Counted from the first letter of the stretch, positions 1 to 10,192 are shown. The stretch: DNA of 64,000 nucleotides from an uncultured Acidobacteriota bacterium (GCA_963849065.1 CAWKFM010000003.1:44292-108291); one strand, 5' to 3'. The notes: a model not told the origin generated them from the letters alone. Translations and numbers: made by a program.

Positions 1-1680
1 CACCGCATGCTGCGCGGCGCGGTGCACGATCCCACGGCGGCGCGCATGAATGGTGTCGCGGGGCACGCGGGCGTCTTTTCGACCGCCGACGATCTGGCAA
101 AATTTGCGCAGGACATGCTGACCGGCTTCCACGTGCTTTCGCCTCTGTCAGTGGAGAAGATGACGACGCCGCAGCAGCCGCCGACCGCCTCTGTGCTGCG
201 CGGGCTGGGTTGGGATATCGACTCGCCATTCTCCAGCAATCGCGGCGAGTTTTTTCCCGTGGGCTCCTTTGGACACACCGGGTTCACCGGTACATCGATA
301 TGGATCGATCCGGTGACCAGCAGCTATGTAATCGTGCTGACCAACGCGGTGCATCCGCGCGGCGGCAAGACGGCGTCGGTAGTTTCGCTGCGGAGCCGCA
401 TCGCCTCCGCCGTGGCGCAGGAGCTGCACTTGACGGTGAGCGAGGAGCAGAAGCTCCGTCTGGCGCGCATCACCGGCTATAACGAGGCGATGACGGGCGG
501 CCGGCTGGTAACGGCCCGCAATGGCCGGGTGTGCACCGGCATCGACGTGCTAGAAGCGCACGACTTTCGCGAGCTGCGCGGAATCCGAAACGGCGGGACG
601 ACGCGCGTAGCTTTGGTGACCAACCAGACGGGCGTCGATGCGCAGGGCCGGCGCACCATCGACCTGCTGGCCAAGGCGCCCGGAGTGGCGCTGGCGGCAA
701 TCTTCAGTCCGGAGCACGGCGTAACGGGAACCCTGGACACCACGGCGATTGGAAATTCGAAGGACGTGGCGACCGGGATTCCGGTGTACAGCGTCTATGG
801 CGACAGCAGCGCCAAGCGGCATCCGCCGCTGGAGATCCTGCAATCGGTAGATGCGGTGGTGTACGACATCCAGGACATTGGCACGCGCTTTTACACCTAC
901 GAGACGACGCTGGGATATTTTCTGGAGTCCACGGCCAAAACCGGCAAGCGGATGATCGTGCTCGACCGCCCGAACCCGATCAACGGCGTAAGCGTGCAAG
1001 GTCCAATCAGCGACTCAGGCCGCGAGAGCTTTACCAACTACAGCCCGCTTCCGGTACGGCACGGAATGACCATCGGCGAGTTGGCGCGCTATTACAACGG
1101 CGAGCGCGGCATTGGCGCGCAGTTGACCGTGGTTCCGATGGAGGGATCGGAGCGCGGCGACTGGCTGGATTCGACCGGCGTGCTGTGGGTGAATCCCTCG
1201 CCCAACATGCGCAGCCTGACCGAAGCGGCGCTCTATCCGGGCGTGGGACTGATCGAAGGGACGAACATTTCGGTGGGCCGCGGGACGGACACTCCGTTTG
1301 AGCTGGTGGGTGCCCCGTGGATCGACGCGCGGCAACTGGCGGAGTATCTGAACGCGAGGGCAATCGGCGGGGTGCGCTTTGTGCCGACGGAATTCACCCC
1401 CAGCGCCGACCTGTATGCGCAGAAGAAGTGCGGCGGAGTGAACATCCTCGTGACCGACCGCAATGCGCTGGACGCTCCCGAACTAGGCGTGGAGATCGCC
1501 TCGGCGCTGCACGCGCTCTATCCCGCGCAGTACGAGTTGAAGAACCTCGACAAGCTGATGGTGAACGAGACAGTGAGCAAGGCGATCGGCGCAGGCCAGG
1601 ACCCGCGGCGGATTTGGATGGAGTGGAACGCGGCAATCGAAGGATTCCGGAAGACGCGGGCGAAGTATCTGCTGTACTGA
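1..1680 (+). CDS. 5'-truncated fusion: end of a beta-lactamase-fold serine hydrolase domain followed by a complete DUF1343/NamZ-type exo-beta-N-acetylmuramidase domain
   Basis: The frame is open from nt 1 (listed ORF 7..1680). The first ~45 aa (GHAGVFSTADDLAKFAQDML) resemble the C-terminal end of beta-lactamase-fold hydrolases. The rest (LVTNQTGVD, FSPEHG, VYDIQDIGTRFYTYETT, LDRPNPING, RHGMTIGELARYYN, NPSPNMRS, EGTNISVGRGTDTPFE) matches DUF1343 as remembered. Confidence 0.8.
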   Translation, partial: HRMLRGAVHDPTAARMNGVAGHAGVFSTADDLAKFAQDMLTGFHVLSPLSVEKMTTPQQPPTASVLRGLGWDIDSPFSSNRGEFFPVGSFGHTGFTGTSIWIDPVTSSYVIVLTNAVHPRGGKTASVVSLRSRIASAVAQELHLTVSEEQKLRLARITGYNEAMTGGRLVTARNGRVCTGIDVLEAHDFRELRGIRNGGTTRVALVTNQTGVDAQGRRTIDLLAKAPGVALAAIFSPEHGVTGTLDTTAIGNSKDVATGIPVYSVYGDSSAKRHPPLEILQSVDAVVYDIQDIGTRFYTYETTLGYFLESTAKTGKRMIVLDRPNPINGVSVQGPISDSGRESFTNYSPLPVRHGMTIGELARYYNGERGIGAQLTVVPMEGSERGDWLDSTGVLWVNPSPNMRSLTEAALYPGVGLIEGTNISVGRGTDTPFELVGAPWIDARQLAEYLNARAIGGVRFVPTEFTPSADLYAQKKCGGVNILVTDRNALDAPELGVEIASALHALYPAQYELKNLDKLMVNETVSKAIGAGQDPRRIWMEWNAAIEGFRKTRAKYLLY

Positions 1681-1698
1681 GGCGTGTATGGGGAGCCG

Positions 1699-3192
1699 AT
1701 GGGACTGAACGCGCTGGATGTAGCCGTGATCGTGGTCTATCTGGCCTGCGTTACCCTGTTCGGGATGCGCTTCCGGAAGCAGACCGGCACGCTCAAGGGC
1801 TACTTTCTGGCGGAGAAGACCATCCCCTGGTGGGCAATCTCTCTCTCCATTGTGGCGGCGGAGACCAGCACGCTGACCATCATCAGCGTGCCGGGGATGG
1901 CCTATGAGCGCGACTTCGGCTTCCTGCAGCTGGTTATCGGCTACCTGGTGGGACGCGTCATTATTTGCGCCCTGCTGATTCCGCATTACTTCCGGGGCGA
2001 ACTGGTGACGGCCTACCAGCTGATCGAGCGGCGCTTTGGACAGAAGCTGCGGACGCTGACGGCGGGGCTGTTTCTGATTACGCGCGCGGCGGCCGAAGGG
2101 GTGCGGGTCTTTGCCGTGGCCATCGTGGTGGGCATCGCGCTCTCTAGCTTTTTGGGCGGGCTGGGAGATTTCGCGCGCGACGTGGCGGCCATCGGGATCG
2201 TCAGCCTCCTCACCTTGATTTACACCTTCGAGGGCGGCATGGCGGCCGTCATCTGGACCGACGTGGTGCAGCTGGCGGTGTATGTGACGGGCACGCTGGT
2301 GGGTTTTTTCACCATTCTGCACCTGGTTCCTGGTGGCTGGCATACGGTGCACGGCATGGCCGCCGAGGCGGGCAAGTTCCGCGTCTTCTACTTCGGGTGG
2401 AATTTTTATAAGAGCTACACCTTCTGGTCGGGACTGGTGGGCGGCGCGTTTTTGACCACGGCGAGCCATGGCACCGACCAGCTGATTGTGCAGCGGCTGC
2501 TCTCGTCGCGCAGCGAGCGGCAGGCCAAGCTTGCGCTGCTGGCCAGCGGAGTGATGGTGCTCTTCCAATTCTCGCTCTTTCTGCTGGTGGGGGCCATGCT
2601 GTTTGTCTTCTACCGGCTCTTTCCGCCAGGGATGGCGTTTACGCGAACCGATACGATCTATCCGACGTTCATTGTCACGCGGATACCGCATGGCGTCAGC
2701 GGACTGCTGATCTCGGCCATTCTGGCGGCGGCCATGGCGAACCTGAGCGCGGCGCTGAACTCGCTCTCCTCCACCACCATCGTGGACTTTTATTCCCGCC
2801 TAAATCCCCAGGCAAGCGAGCAGCGCCGGGTGTCTCTGTCGCGGCTGGCTACGGTAGGCTGGGCCGTGGTGCTGTTTGCGCTGGCCATTGTGGCGCGGCG
2901 CGGCGGACGGGTGCTGGAGGCAGGCTTGTCGATTGCCTCCGTGGCCTACGGTTCCCTGCTGGGAGTTTTTCTGCTGGGGGTGCTGACGCGCCGGGCTACC
3001 GAGGAGGGAGCAATGGTGGGCATGCTCTGCGGCTTTGGGCTGAATCTCTACCTGTGGCAGTACACCCGGGTTCCCTTCACCTGGTATGTGGCGCTTGGAA
3101 GCCTAACGACCTTCGCGGTGGGCTACGGCGCAAGTTTCCTGATCGGAGCGCCAAAGATGGAGATCGCAGCGGGGGCAAGCGATGGCCAATGA
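1699..3192 (+). CDS. sodium:solute symporter (SSS) family transporter
   Basis: About 500 aa polytopic membrane protein with roughly 13 hydrophobic segments and SSS-like sequence. ATG at 1699 (GTG 1684 also possible). Its stop overlaps the murQ start. Confidence 0.7.
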   Translation: MGLNALDVAVIVVYLACVTLFGMRFRKQTGTLKGYFLAEKTIPWWAISLSIVAAETSTLTIISVPGMAYERDFGFLQLVIGYLVGRVIICALLIPHYFRGELVTAYQLIERRFGQKLRTLTAGLFLITRAAAEGVRVFAVAIVVGIALSSFLGGLGDFARDVAAIGIVSLLTLIYTFEGGMAAVIWTDVVQLAVYVTGTLVGFFTILHLVPGGWHTVHGMAAEAGKFRVFYFGWNFYKSYTFWSGLVGGAFLTTASHGTDQLIVQRLLSSRSERQAKLALLASGVMVLFQFSLFLLVGAMLFVFYRLFPPGMAFTRTDTIYPTFIVTRIPHGVSGLLISAILAAAMANLSAALNSLSSTTIVDFYSRLNPQASEQRRVSLSRLATVGWAVVLFALAIVARRGGRVLEAGLSIASVAYGSLLGVFLLGVLTRRATEEGAMVGMLCGFGLNLYLWQYTRVPFTWYVALGSLTTFAVGYGASFLIGAPKMEIAAGASDGQ

Positions 3193-4045
3193 GTTGGACC
3201 GGCTGAGCGCACTGGAGCTTGCCACGCGCATGAACCGCGCCGACGCCAGGGTTTCGCGGGCGGTGCGCGGAGCTCTGCCGCAGATTGCCGAGGCGATCGA
3301 AGTGATCCGCGAGCGGCTGTCGCGTGGCGGACGCCTGATTTACGTGGGCAGCGGGACCAGCGGACGAATCGGCGCGCTGGACGCCTCCGAGTGTCCGCCC
3401 ACCTTCGGCACCGCTCCGGCGATGGTGCAGGCGATGATCGCCGGAGGCAACGAGGCGCTGGAGATTGCCAGCGAGGGCAGCGAGGATTCGGCTGAGCTGG
3501 GCGCCAGCGACATGGCCGGGCGCAGGCCGGGACGCAAGGATGTGGTGGTCGGGCTCTCAGCCAGCGGAAATACACCCTACACCGTGGCGGCCCTGCAACA
3601 TGCGCGGCGCAAGGGCGCGGCCACCATCGCGGTGGTCTGCCGCAAAGGCTCGGAGCTGGCCAAGGTCTGCGGCATTGCCATCGAAGCCGAGGTAGGCGCC
3701 GAGGTGCTGGAGGGTTCGACCCGTCTCAAGGCGGGCACGGCGGAGAAGATGATCTGCAACATGCTGACTACCGGCGCCATGGCCCGCCTGGGATATGTGT
3801 ACGGCAACCTCATGGTGCAGGTGCAGATGAAGAACGCCAAGCTGGTCGAGCGCGGCATCGCCATCGTGCGGCGGGTGGCCAAGATCGAGCGTCCTGTGGC
3901 GGTCCGGGCGCTCGACCAGGCCGAGGGGAAAATTCCCGTGGCGCTGGTCATGCTGCGCGCGGGAGTGACAAAAGCCGAGGCGGTGCGGCGGCTGCGGCGC
4001 GCGGGTGGAAATATCCGCGCGGCGATGGAAATCTCAGAAGACTGA
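3182..4045 (+). CDS. murQ: N-acetylmuramic acid 6-phosphate etherase
   Basis: SIS-domain protein with GSGTSGRIGALDASECPPTFG, GLSASGNTPYT and EGSTRLKAGTAEKMICNMLTT, which are characteristic of MurQ. Confidence 0.9.
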   Translation: MANELDRLSALELATRMNRADARVSRAVRGALPQIAEAIEVIRERLSRGGRLIYVGSGTSGRIGALDASECPPTFGTAPAMVQAMIAGGNEALEIASEGSEDSAELGASDMAGRRPGRKDVVVGLSASGNTPYTVAALQHARRKGAATIAVVCRKGSELAKVCGIAIEAEVGAEVLEGSTRLKAGTAEKMICNMLTTGAMARLGYVYGNLMVQVQMKNAKLVERGIAIVRRVAKIERPVAVRALDQAEGKIPVALVMLRAGVTKAEAVRRLRRAGGNIRAAMEISED

Positions 4046-4158
4046 AATAGCCAACGCATCGGCTGCATACGGCGATGCCGGGCAGCCCGCAACTTTTTGA
4101 GCGAGCGACCGGCTGATACACTGGCGGTATCGCATCTGTTCCGCTCCGAATCCCACTC

Positions 4159-5352
4159 ATGACGACTCACAAGCATCGCGGGCTACTTCCATTCCTTGGG
4201 GTGGCGAGCGGTGCGAGCGTGGCGACGATTTACTACAACCAGCCGCTGCTGCTGGAGATGAGCCGCACCTTCCATGCCTCCTCCGCCCAGATTGGGACGG
4301 TGGCGGTGGCGACGCAGGTGGGTTATGCGGCGGGGATTCTGGTGTTTGTGCCGATGGGCGACGTGGCGGAGCGCCGCGGACTGATCGTGAAGCTCTTCGC
4401 GGCGGTCACCGTGGCGCTGCTGGCGGCAGGCTTCTCGCCGTCGCTGTGGACCCTGGTTGCGTCCAGCGTGGCGATTGGAATCACCGCCTCGGTCACGCAC
4501 GTGCTGGTCCCGATCGCACCGGAGCTGGCCGAGCCGGACGAGAGCGGACGCGCCATTGGAACCGTGATGACCGGACTTCTGCTGGGAATCCTGCTGGGAC
4601 GGGCCGCCAGCGGCTGGGTGGCTGCGATGCTGGGATGGCGTGCCGTCTTTCTGGCCGCGGCCGCAGTGACCGCAACGTTTGTGCCGCTGCTGCGGTGGAG
4701 GCTCCCGAATCTTCCTCCGGTGCAGGCGGTGAGTTACACAGAGGCAATCGGCTCGCTGTGGAAACTCATCATGGAGCAGCCGACGTTGCGCGAGGCATCG
4801 GCCATCGGATTCCTGATCTTTGCGGCCTTTTCCGCGTTCTGGACGAACCTGTCGTTTTTGCTGGGAACACCGCATTACCGCCTGGGAGCCGGCGTGGCGG
4901 GCAGCTTTGGCGCCCTGGGCGCGGCGGGAGCGCTGGCGGCGTCGTTTGCCGGACGGCTGGCCGACCGCAATGGAGCGCGCTGGGTCATCGCATTAGGGCT
5001 GGCAATGTTGGGCTCGGGCTACGCGGTGCTGTGGTTTGCGGGATACCACATGGCGGGCTTGATCCTGGGCGTGATCATTCTCGACGTAGGCGAGCAGGCG
5101 CTGCAGATTGCCAACCAGACGCGGATTTTCAGTCTTGTAGAAGGCGCGCGCAGCCGGGTAAATACCATCTACATGATCGTATTTTTTCTCGGAGGAGCGG
5201 CTGGTTCGGCCATCTCCACCGCCGCCTGGGCGCACTGGCAGTGGAATGGCGTGTGCGCCCTCGCCCTGGCCCTGATCGCGCTGGCAGGAGTTCGCCACGC
5301 CCTCGGCGGACGCAGAGACGCCCGCTCCCCAATCACAGCCGCATGGTCATGA
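4159..5352 (+). CDS. MFS transporter
   Basis: 397 aa with about 12 hydrophobic helices and an MFS-like D-x-x-E-R-R-G loop (GDVAERRG) after TM2. Confidence 0.7.
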   Translation: MTTHKHRGLLPFLGVASGASVATIYYNQPLLLEMSRTFHASSAQIGTVAVATQVGYAAGILVFVPMGDVAERRGLIVKLFAAVTVALLAAGFSPSLWTLVASSVAIGITASVTHVLVPIAPELAEPDESGRAIGTVMTGLLLGILLGRAASGWVAAMLGWRAVFLAAAAVTATFVPLLRWRLPNLPPVQAVSYTEAIGSLWKLIMEQPTLREASAIGFLIFAAFSAFWTNLSFLLGTPHYRLGAGVAGSFGALGAAGALAASFAGRLADRNGARWVIALGLAMLGSGYAVLWFAGYHMAGLILGVIILDVGEQALQIANQTRIFSLVEGARSRVNTIYMIVFFLGGAAGSAISTAAWAHWQWNGVCALALALIALAGVRHALGGRRDARSPITAAWS

Positions 5353-5902
5353 AGATGGCGTCCACGTCGCGGCTGTAGTAGCGCTCCAGCACCTTGACCC
5401 GCTTGAAACCGAGCTTATCGTAAAACGCTAGGGCGGAGTGGTTGTTGACCGCGACCTCCAGCACGACCATGAAGGCGGTCAGCTTGCGCAGCCGTTCGCA
5501 GGCGGCGTTCATCAGCAGGGTTCCCAGATTATGGCGGCGGGCATCAGGATGCACGTCGATCGTGATGATGTGGCCGTACCCCTGTTTCTGGAAATGGAAG
5601 GTGACGAAGCCGGCGATGGGGCGGCGTGGAGAGTTCGGCTGGGCCTTGGCCGGACGCGTGCCTACGGGCGGTGCGTCCGCGGCCAGCGGATCGGCGTCGG
5701 TCTCTGGGTTGGTCTCGGCGTCGGGCTCCGCGTCCCACTCGGCAACCACGGTAAAGGCGCGGCGCTGCTCGATGAAGCTGGCAAGTTCCGGACGGCTGTA
5801 GGCAATGCCCGGATCGAAGCACAGCCGGTCCAGCTTGAACAGCGTCTCGAAGTCGCGCCTCTCGTAGTCGCGCAGGGTAAAGATGGATGTGGTTTGAGTC
5901 AT
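5333..5902 (-). CDS. GNAT family N-acetyltransferase (RimI-like) with an acidic/Pro-rich insertion
   Basis: GNAT core (ITIDVHPDARRHNLGTLLM, ALAFYDKLGF). About 45 aa of low-complexity insert (EWDAEPDAETNPETDADPLAADAPP...). Confidence 0.75.
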   Translation of the reverse strand: MTQTTSIFTLRDYERRDFETLFKLDRLCFDPGIAYSRPELASFIEQRRAFTVVAEWDAEPDAETNPETDADPLAADAPPVGTRPAKAQPNSPRRPIAGFVTFHFQKQGYGHIITIDVHPDARRHNLGTLLMNAACERLRKLTAFMVVLEVAVNNHSALAFYDKLGFKRVKVLERYYSRDVDAIFMTMRL

Positions 5903-6053
5903 GCGGCCAGAGCATATGGTAGCAGATGCCCAGCGCCTGCGGCCGGCAGCGAAGCGTTACCCATCTCCACCGCCGGGCAGAACTGGCCCGGGCCGCTATG
6001 CAGGAGCGGGAAGCGCGATTGCGCTCCCCGCTCCGCACCGAGGAGTTCACCGG

Positions 6054-6620
6054 TCAGGCGGCGGCGTGGGACTGGAGGTGATGGTCGATGAACAGGTTCA
6101 GCATCTCCTGGTTGAAGGCGGGGATATCCGACGGCTGGCGGCTGGACACCAAGTTGCCGTCGCGCACCACCTCTTTGTCATACCAGTACGCTCCGGCGCT
6201 GGTGAACTCGTCCTTGACGGCGTTGTAGCTGGTCAGGTGGCGCCCCTTCACGAGATGGGCGGCGATCAGCAGCAGTCCTCCGTGGCAGATGGCGGCGATG
6301 GGGCGCCGGGTTTCGCTGATGCGGCGGACAAACTCCTGGGCCAGGGGCTCGGTGCGCAGGGCCTCGGCATTGCCGCGGCCTCCCGGCAGCAGCAGCGCGT
6401 CGAACTTCTCGGGATCGGCTTCGGCCAGGGTCTGGTCCACCTGGACGTTCTTCGTAGCTTTTTCGTGCTGAGCGGCTTTGATCTCACCGCCGTGGGGTGC
6501 GATCACTACGGTTGTTGCTCCGGCTTCTTCCAGGGCCTTGCGCGGCTTGATGAGCTCATCTTCCTGGAACAGATCGGTGGCGAGGATGGCAACGCGGAAT
6601 CCTGCGAGACGATCGGACAT
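6054..6620 (-). CDS. DJ-1/PfpI family (type 1 glutamine amidotransferase-like) protein
   Basis: Nucleophile elbow AAICHGGLLL, LLLPGG motif, 188 aa. Confidence 0.85.
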   Translation of the reverse strand: MSDRLAGFRVAILATDLFQEDELIKPRKALEEAGATTVVIAPHGGEIKAAQHEKATKNVQVDQTLAEADPEKFDALLLPGGRGNAEALRTEPLAQEFVRRISETRRPIAAICHGGLLLIAAHLVKGRHLTSYNAVKDEFTSAGAYWYDKEVVRDGNLVSSRQPSDIPAFNQEMLNLFIDHHLQSHAAA

Positions 6621-6704
6621 AATGCTTCTTCCTCCTGGTTTGCGTCAGATGAGATGCACCCAGGAGCTCCAGGGGTTATCGCTTTATTTATAGGTCCTAT
6701 AAAT

Positions 6705-7844
6705 TTAAGTTAGGGAGAGCAAGGTCGTGCTGCGCTTCAGCTGACCGCAGGCGGCGTAAATGTCCAGCCCCCGCGGACGGCGCAGGTAGGTGGGGATGCC
6801 GGCGCCGACCAGCACCTGCTGGAAGCCTTCCACGGCTGCGGCGGTCGGGGTCTGGAACGCAATCTCCGGGCCCGGATTCAGCGCGATAAGGTTGATCTTG
6901 GCGCGGATGCCGCGCAGCAAAGCGACCACCTCGCGGGCATTTTCCGGCGCGTCATTCACCCCCGAAAGCAACACATATTCAAAGGTCAGGCGCTCGCGGC
7001 TGCGCAGCGGAAACCTCCGCGCAGCTCCCAGCAGATCGCCCAGCTTCCACTTGCGGTTGATCGGCATGATGCGTTCGCGCAACTCGTCGTTGGAGGCGTT
7101 GAGCGAGATGGCCAGATGCGGACGCACCGGCTCGGCCCCGAAGTCGGCGATGCGCGGAACAATGCCCGAGGTCGAAACCGTCATGCGCGATTCGGGGATC
7201 GCGGCGCCTTCCACCAGCAGCCGGACGGCGCGCATGAAGTTCTCATAGTTCAAAAATGGCTCGCCCTGTCCCATAAAGACCAGATTGATCCGGTCCCGGC
7301 CGATTTCAATCTGCTGGTCATTGAGAACCAGCAGCACCTGTCCCACAATTTCCCCGGCGGTGAGGTTGCGCTGCAACCCCAGCAGTGCGGTCATGCAGAA
7401 CTTGCAGTTCACCGCGCATCCCGCCTGCGAGGAGAGACAGATGGTGGCCCTCCGGTTGGGCGAGGCCGCTCCGGTGTTTGGTCTGGCGGTATTGAGTTCC
7501 GCGCCGTCTTCGGCTTCGTCGCCGGCGCCATCGCCGTCGGGCATCCACACGGTTTCCACGCTCTGCCCGTCGGCGAAGCGCACCAGGTAGCGCACCGTCC
7601 CATCGCGCGAGACAAAGCGCTGGTCGATGGCGGGAAACCCGATGCGGTAGCCTTCCTCCGCCATCCGCGCCCGCAGCGGCTTGGGCAGGGTCGAGATCTC
7701 GTCCAGGGCTGCCACCCGTTGCCCGTACAGCGCATCAAAGAGCTGGCGGGCGCGGTAGCGGGGTTCGCCCAAGGCTTCGACGAGCGCCGTAAGCTCTTGA
7801 TTTGTCAGTCCCAAAAGTTCGAATTGTTGCAGGTCGGTATGCAT
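6705..7844 (-). CDS. rlmN: 23S rRNA (adenine2503-C2)/tRNA methyltransferase, radical SAM
   Basis: CAVNCKFCMT (CxxxCxxC), FMGQGEPFLNYEN, and a C-terminal ACGQL motif typical of RlmN/Cfr. Confidence 0.9.
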   Translation of the reverse strand: MHTDLQQFELLGLTNQELTALVEALGEPRYRARQLFDALYGQRVAALDEISTLPKPLRARMAEEGYRIGFPAIDQRFVSRDGTVRYLVRFADGQSVETVWMPDGDGAGDEAEDGAELNTARPNTGAASPNRRATICLSSQAGCAVNCKFCMTALLGLQRNLTAGEIVGQVLLVLNDQQIEIGRDRINLVFMGQGEPFLNYENFMRAVRLLVEGAAIPESRMTVSTSGIVPRIADFGAEPVRPHLAISLNASNDELRERIMPINRKWKLGDLLGAARRFPLRSRERLTFEYVLLSGVNDAPENAREVVALLRGIRAKINLIALNPGPEIAFQTPTAAAVEGFQQVLVGAGIPTYLRRPRGLDIYAACGQLKRSTTLLSLT

Positions 7845-8026
7845 CTAATGTTTATCTGTTGATTAATTGATCCAGAAAAGCCAGACAGCGTTATCCCGAT
7901 TCAGTATGATTGTATCGTGCCTGTGATGGAGAGCTCGCCAGCCGCCGTGGCAAGAAAAAAGGGGTTGGCAGTGCAAGACGCGTGGAAGATATGGCGCCGT
8001 ATGCTCTTTGTGGTGCAGGAGGCCCG

Positions 8027-9325
8027 ATGAACCAAGAGACGAATAACCTGAATTCCGCGCTGCGCAATGCCCGCAGGACAGTCCTGCCCAACGGCCTCAC
8101 CATCATCAGTGAAGAGATGCCCCAGATCCGCTCGGTGTCGGCCGGAGTTTGGATCCGCACCGGCTCGCGCCACGAAGCGCCGGAGGTCAACGGAATCTCC
8201 CACTTCGCCGAACACATGGTCTTCAAAGGCACCACCACCCGCACCGCCGAGATGATCGCCCGTCAGGTCGATTCCTTCGGTGGAAATCTGGACGCCTTTA
8301 CCGCCAAGGAGTGCGTGTGCTTCAACGTCAAGGTTCTCGACGAGCACCTGCCCGACGCCATGGACGTGCTGACCGACCTGGTGCTGAACCCGTCCTTCAA
8401 TGACGCGGACGTTAAGAAGGAGCGCGGCGTCATCATGGAAGAGATCAAGATGGATGAGGACAACCCCGACTATCTTGTTCATGAGATCTTCGTGCAGAGC
8501 TTCTGGAAGGACCATCCGTTGGGCAGGCCGATTCTGGGCACCCGCGACACAGTGAAAAAGTTCGGTCCGGAGCTGCTGTTCGACTACTACCGGGAGCGCT
8601 TCCAGGCCGGAAACATGGTGGTGGCCGCCGCCGGCAACCTGCAGCACGATCAGTTCCTGGAGCTGGCCACGCGCAAGTTCGCCCACCTGCCGGCGCTCAG
8701 CAGCGAGCTGCGCGACATGGCTCCCAAGCCGACCGCCAAAATTTCCATGCGCAACAAGAAATCGCTGGAGCAGGTGCAGCTGTGCATCGGAGTTCCCTCC
8801 TACTCGATTTCGCACGAGAACCGCTACGCCTCCTTTGTATTGAACACCCTGCTGGGCGGCGGCATGAGCTCGCGCCTCTTCCAGAACATCCGCGAAAAGC
8901 AGGGGCTGGTTTACTCCATCTTCAGCGAGCTGAATCCCTACCGCGACACCGGCTGCCTGGCGGTCTATGCGGGCACCTCGAAGGAGTCGGCGCCCAGGGT
9001 GGTGCAATCGGTGCTGAAGGAGTTCCGCGACCTGAAGGAAGTTCCGGTGACCGCCGAAGAGCTGATCCGCGCCAAGGCCCAACTGAAGGGCAGCCTGATG
9101 CTGAGCCTGGAGTCCTCCATGGCGCGCATGAGCAACCTGGCCCGCCAGGAGATGTATTACGACCGCTTCTATGGCATGAACGAAATCACCGCGCGCATCG
9201 AGGCGGTGCAGGTGGAAGACGTGCAGAAGGTCGCACGGGAGTTCTTCATCGGAGAGCAGATTGCAGTCACGGTTCTGGGAAATCTGACCGGGCTGAAACT
9301 CTCCAGAGACCAGATCTGCTGCTGA
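8027..9325 (+). CDS. M16 family zinc peptidase (insulinase-like)
   Basis: Inverted zincin motif HFAEHMVFKGT. ATG 8027 is preceded by GCAGGAGG. The longer ORF from 7910 lacks support. Confidence 0.85.
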   Translation: MNQETNNLNSALRNARRTVLPNGLTIISEEMPQIRSVSAGVWIRTGSRHEAPEVNGISHFAEHMVFKGTTTRTAEMIARQVDSFGGNLDAFTAKECVCFNVKVLDEHLPDAMDVLTDLVLNPSFNDADVKKERGVIMEEIKMDEDNPDYLVHEIFVQSFWKDHPLGRPILGTRDTVKKFGPELLFDYYRERFQAGNMVVAAAGNLQHDQFLELATRKFAHLPALSSELRDMAPKPTAKISMRNKKSLEQVQLCIGVPSYSISHENRYASFVLNTLLGGGMSSRLFQNIREKQGLVYSIFSELNPYRDTGCLAVYAGTSKESAPRVVQSVLKEFRDLKEVPVTAEELIRAKAQLKGSLMLSLESSMARMSNLARQEMYYDRFYGMNEITARIEAVQVEDVQKVAREFFIGEQIAVTVLGNLTGLKLSRDQICC

Positions 9326-9556
9326 CCCTTCGGCCATATTTTATCTTGGGTGCCCTGGCCTCATGTTACTGAACACACATTACCTCTATGGCCGGGGGAT
9401 GACACTTTGCGTCACTGCACTCTGCCGCCCGATGTCACTTCTGGATGCGAAGCGGGAAATTCAAGCATAGTTCCCGCGCCGGGATGATTTCCTATCGCCA
9501 TGAATTGAATAATGATTAGCCAGACGGCGACGTCCTCCCGGCTGGCCCAACAACGA

Positions 9557-9572
9557 TGGCACTCCGATTGCC
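9557..9572 (+). promoter_or_regulatory. sigma54 (-24/-12) promoter of pilin gene 1
   Basis: TGGCACtccgaTTGCC, that is GG-N10-GC, 68 nt upstream of ATG 9639. Confidence 0.7.
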
Positions 9573-9638
9573 ACAACAGGGGCAGGACTTAAAGAAAGAA
9601 CGTCGTGCGCCGCACGAACCGGGAGAGAGATAATTACA

Positions 9639-10133
9639 ATGCGTAAACAAAAGGGTTTCTCACTGATCGAGCTTTTGATCGTCGTCGCGATCATCCTGAT
9701 CATCGCCGCTATCGCCATCCCCAACCTGCTGCGCTCGCGCATCGCCGCCAATGAAGCTTCCGCCGTGGGCTCGCTGCGCACCATCAACACCGCAGAAGTC
9801 ACCTATGCCGCAACCTATCCGGCACAGGGCTTTGCCACCGCGCTGTCCGTCCTGGGTGGCACCGGCGTCACTGCCACCTCCACCAATGCCCTGCTGCTGG
9901 ATAACGTTCTGGGCGGCGCCGCCGGCTCTTCGTCCTCGGCTCCCAACACCAAGAGCGGATACCAGTTCTACGTCACCGCCAGCGGCTCGCAGCCGGTTCC
10001 GACCTACACCAGCAACGCCAACCCGGTCACCGTGCAGCAGACCGGCGTGCGCTACTTCTATAGCGATGCCTCGGGCGTGATCCGTTACAACACTACGGCC
10101 ACCGCCAGCTCGGTTGACAGTCCCCTGCAGTAG
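9639..10133 (+). CDS. prepilin-type N-terminal cleavage/methylation domain protein (type IV pilin / pseudopilin), paralog 1
   Basis: MRKQKG|FSLIELLIVVAIILIIAAIAIPNLL: a class III signal peptide with Glu+5. 164 aa, no Cys. Confidence 0.85.
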   Translation: MRKQKGFSLIELLIVVAIILIIAAIAIPNLLRSRIAANEASAVGSLRTINTAEVTYAATYPAQGFATALSVLGGTGVTATSTNALLLDNVLGGAAGSSSSAPNTKSGYQFYVTASGSQPVPTYTSNANPVTVQQTGVRYFYSDASGVIRYNTTATASSVDSPLQ

Positions 10134-10156
10134 TAGCCAAGCAGTTGCTACGCACC

Positions 10157-10192
10157 GAGGCGCCACCAACCAGTGGCGCCTCGTTTGTTTTG
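10157..10192 (+). terminator. intrinsic terminator after pilin 1
   Basis: GAGGCGCCAC-caacca-GTGGCGCCTC followed by GTTTGTTTTG. Confidence 0.7.

Noticed and set aside
1483-2691. 402-aa minus-strand ORF opposite the SSS transporter
   Set aside because: It has Arg/His/Gln/Pro-rich low-complexity composition with no motifs. This is a typical antisense shadow ORF of high-GC coding DNA, and the plus-strand frame encodes a coherent polytopic transporter.
5600-5740. Acidic/Pro-rich insertion inside the GNAT gene, considered as a possible frameshift or fusion
   Set aside because: The reading frame is continuous and GNAT motifs flank it on both sides. It is most simply a disordered loop insertion, and nothing further can be concluded from the sequence.
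7901-9337. 478-aa minus-strand ORF opposite the M16 peptidase
   Set aside because: Antisense shadow ORF. The plus-strand frame carries the HxxEH zinc motif and normal composition.
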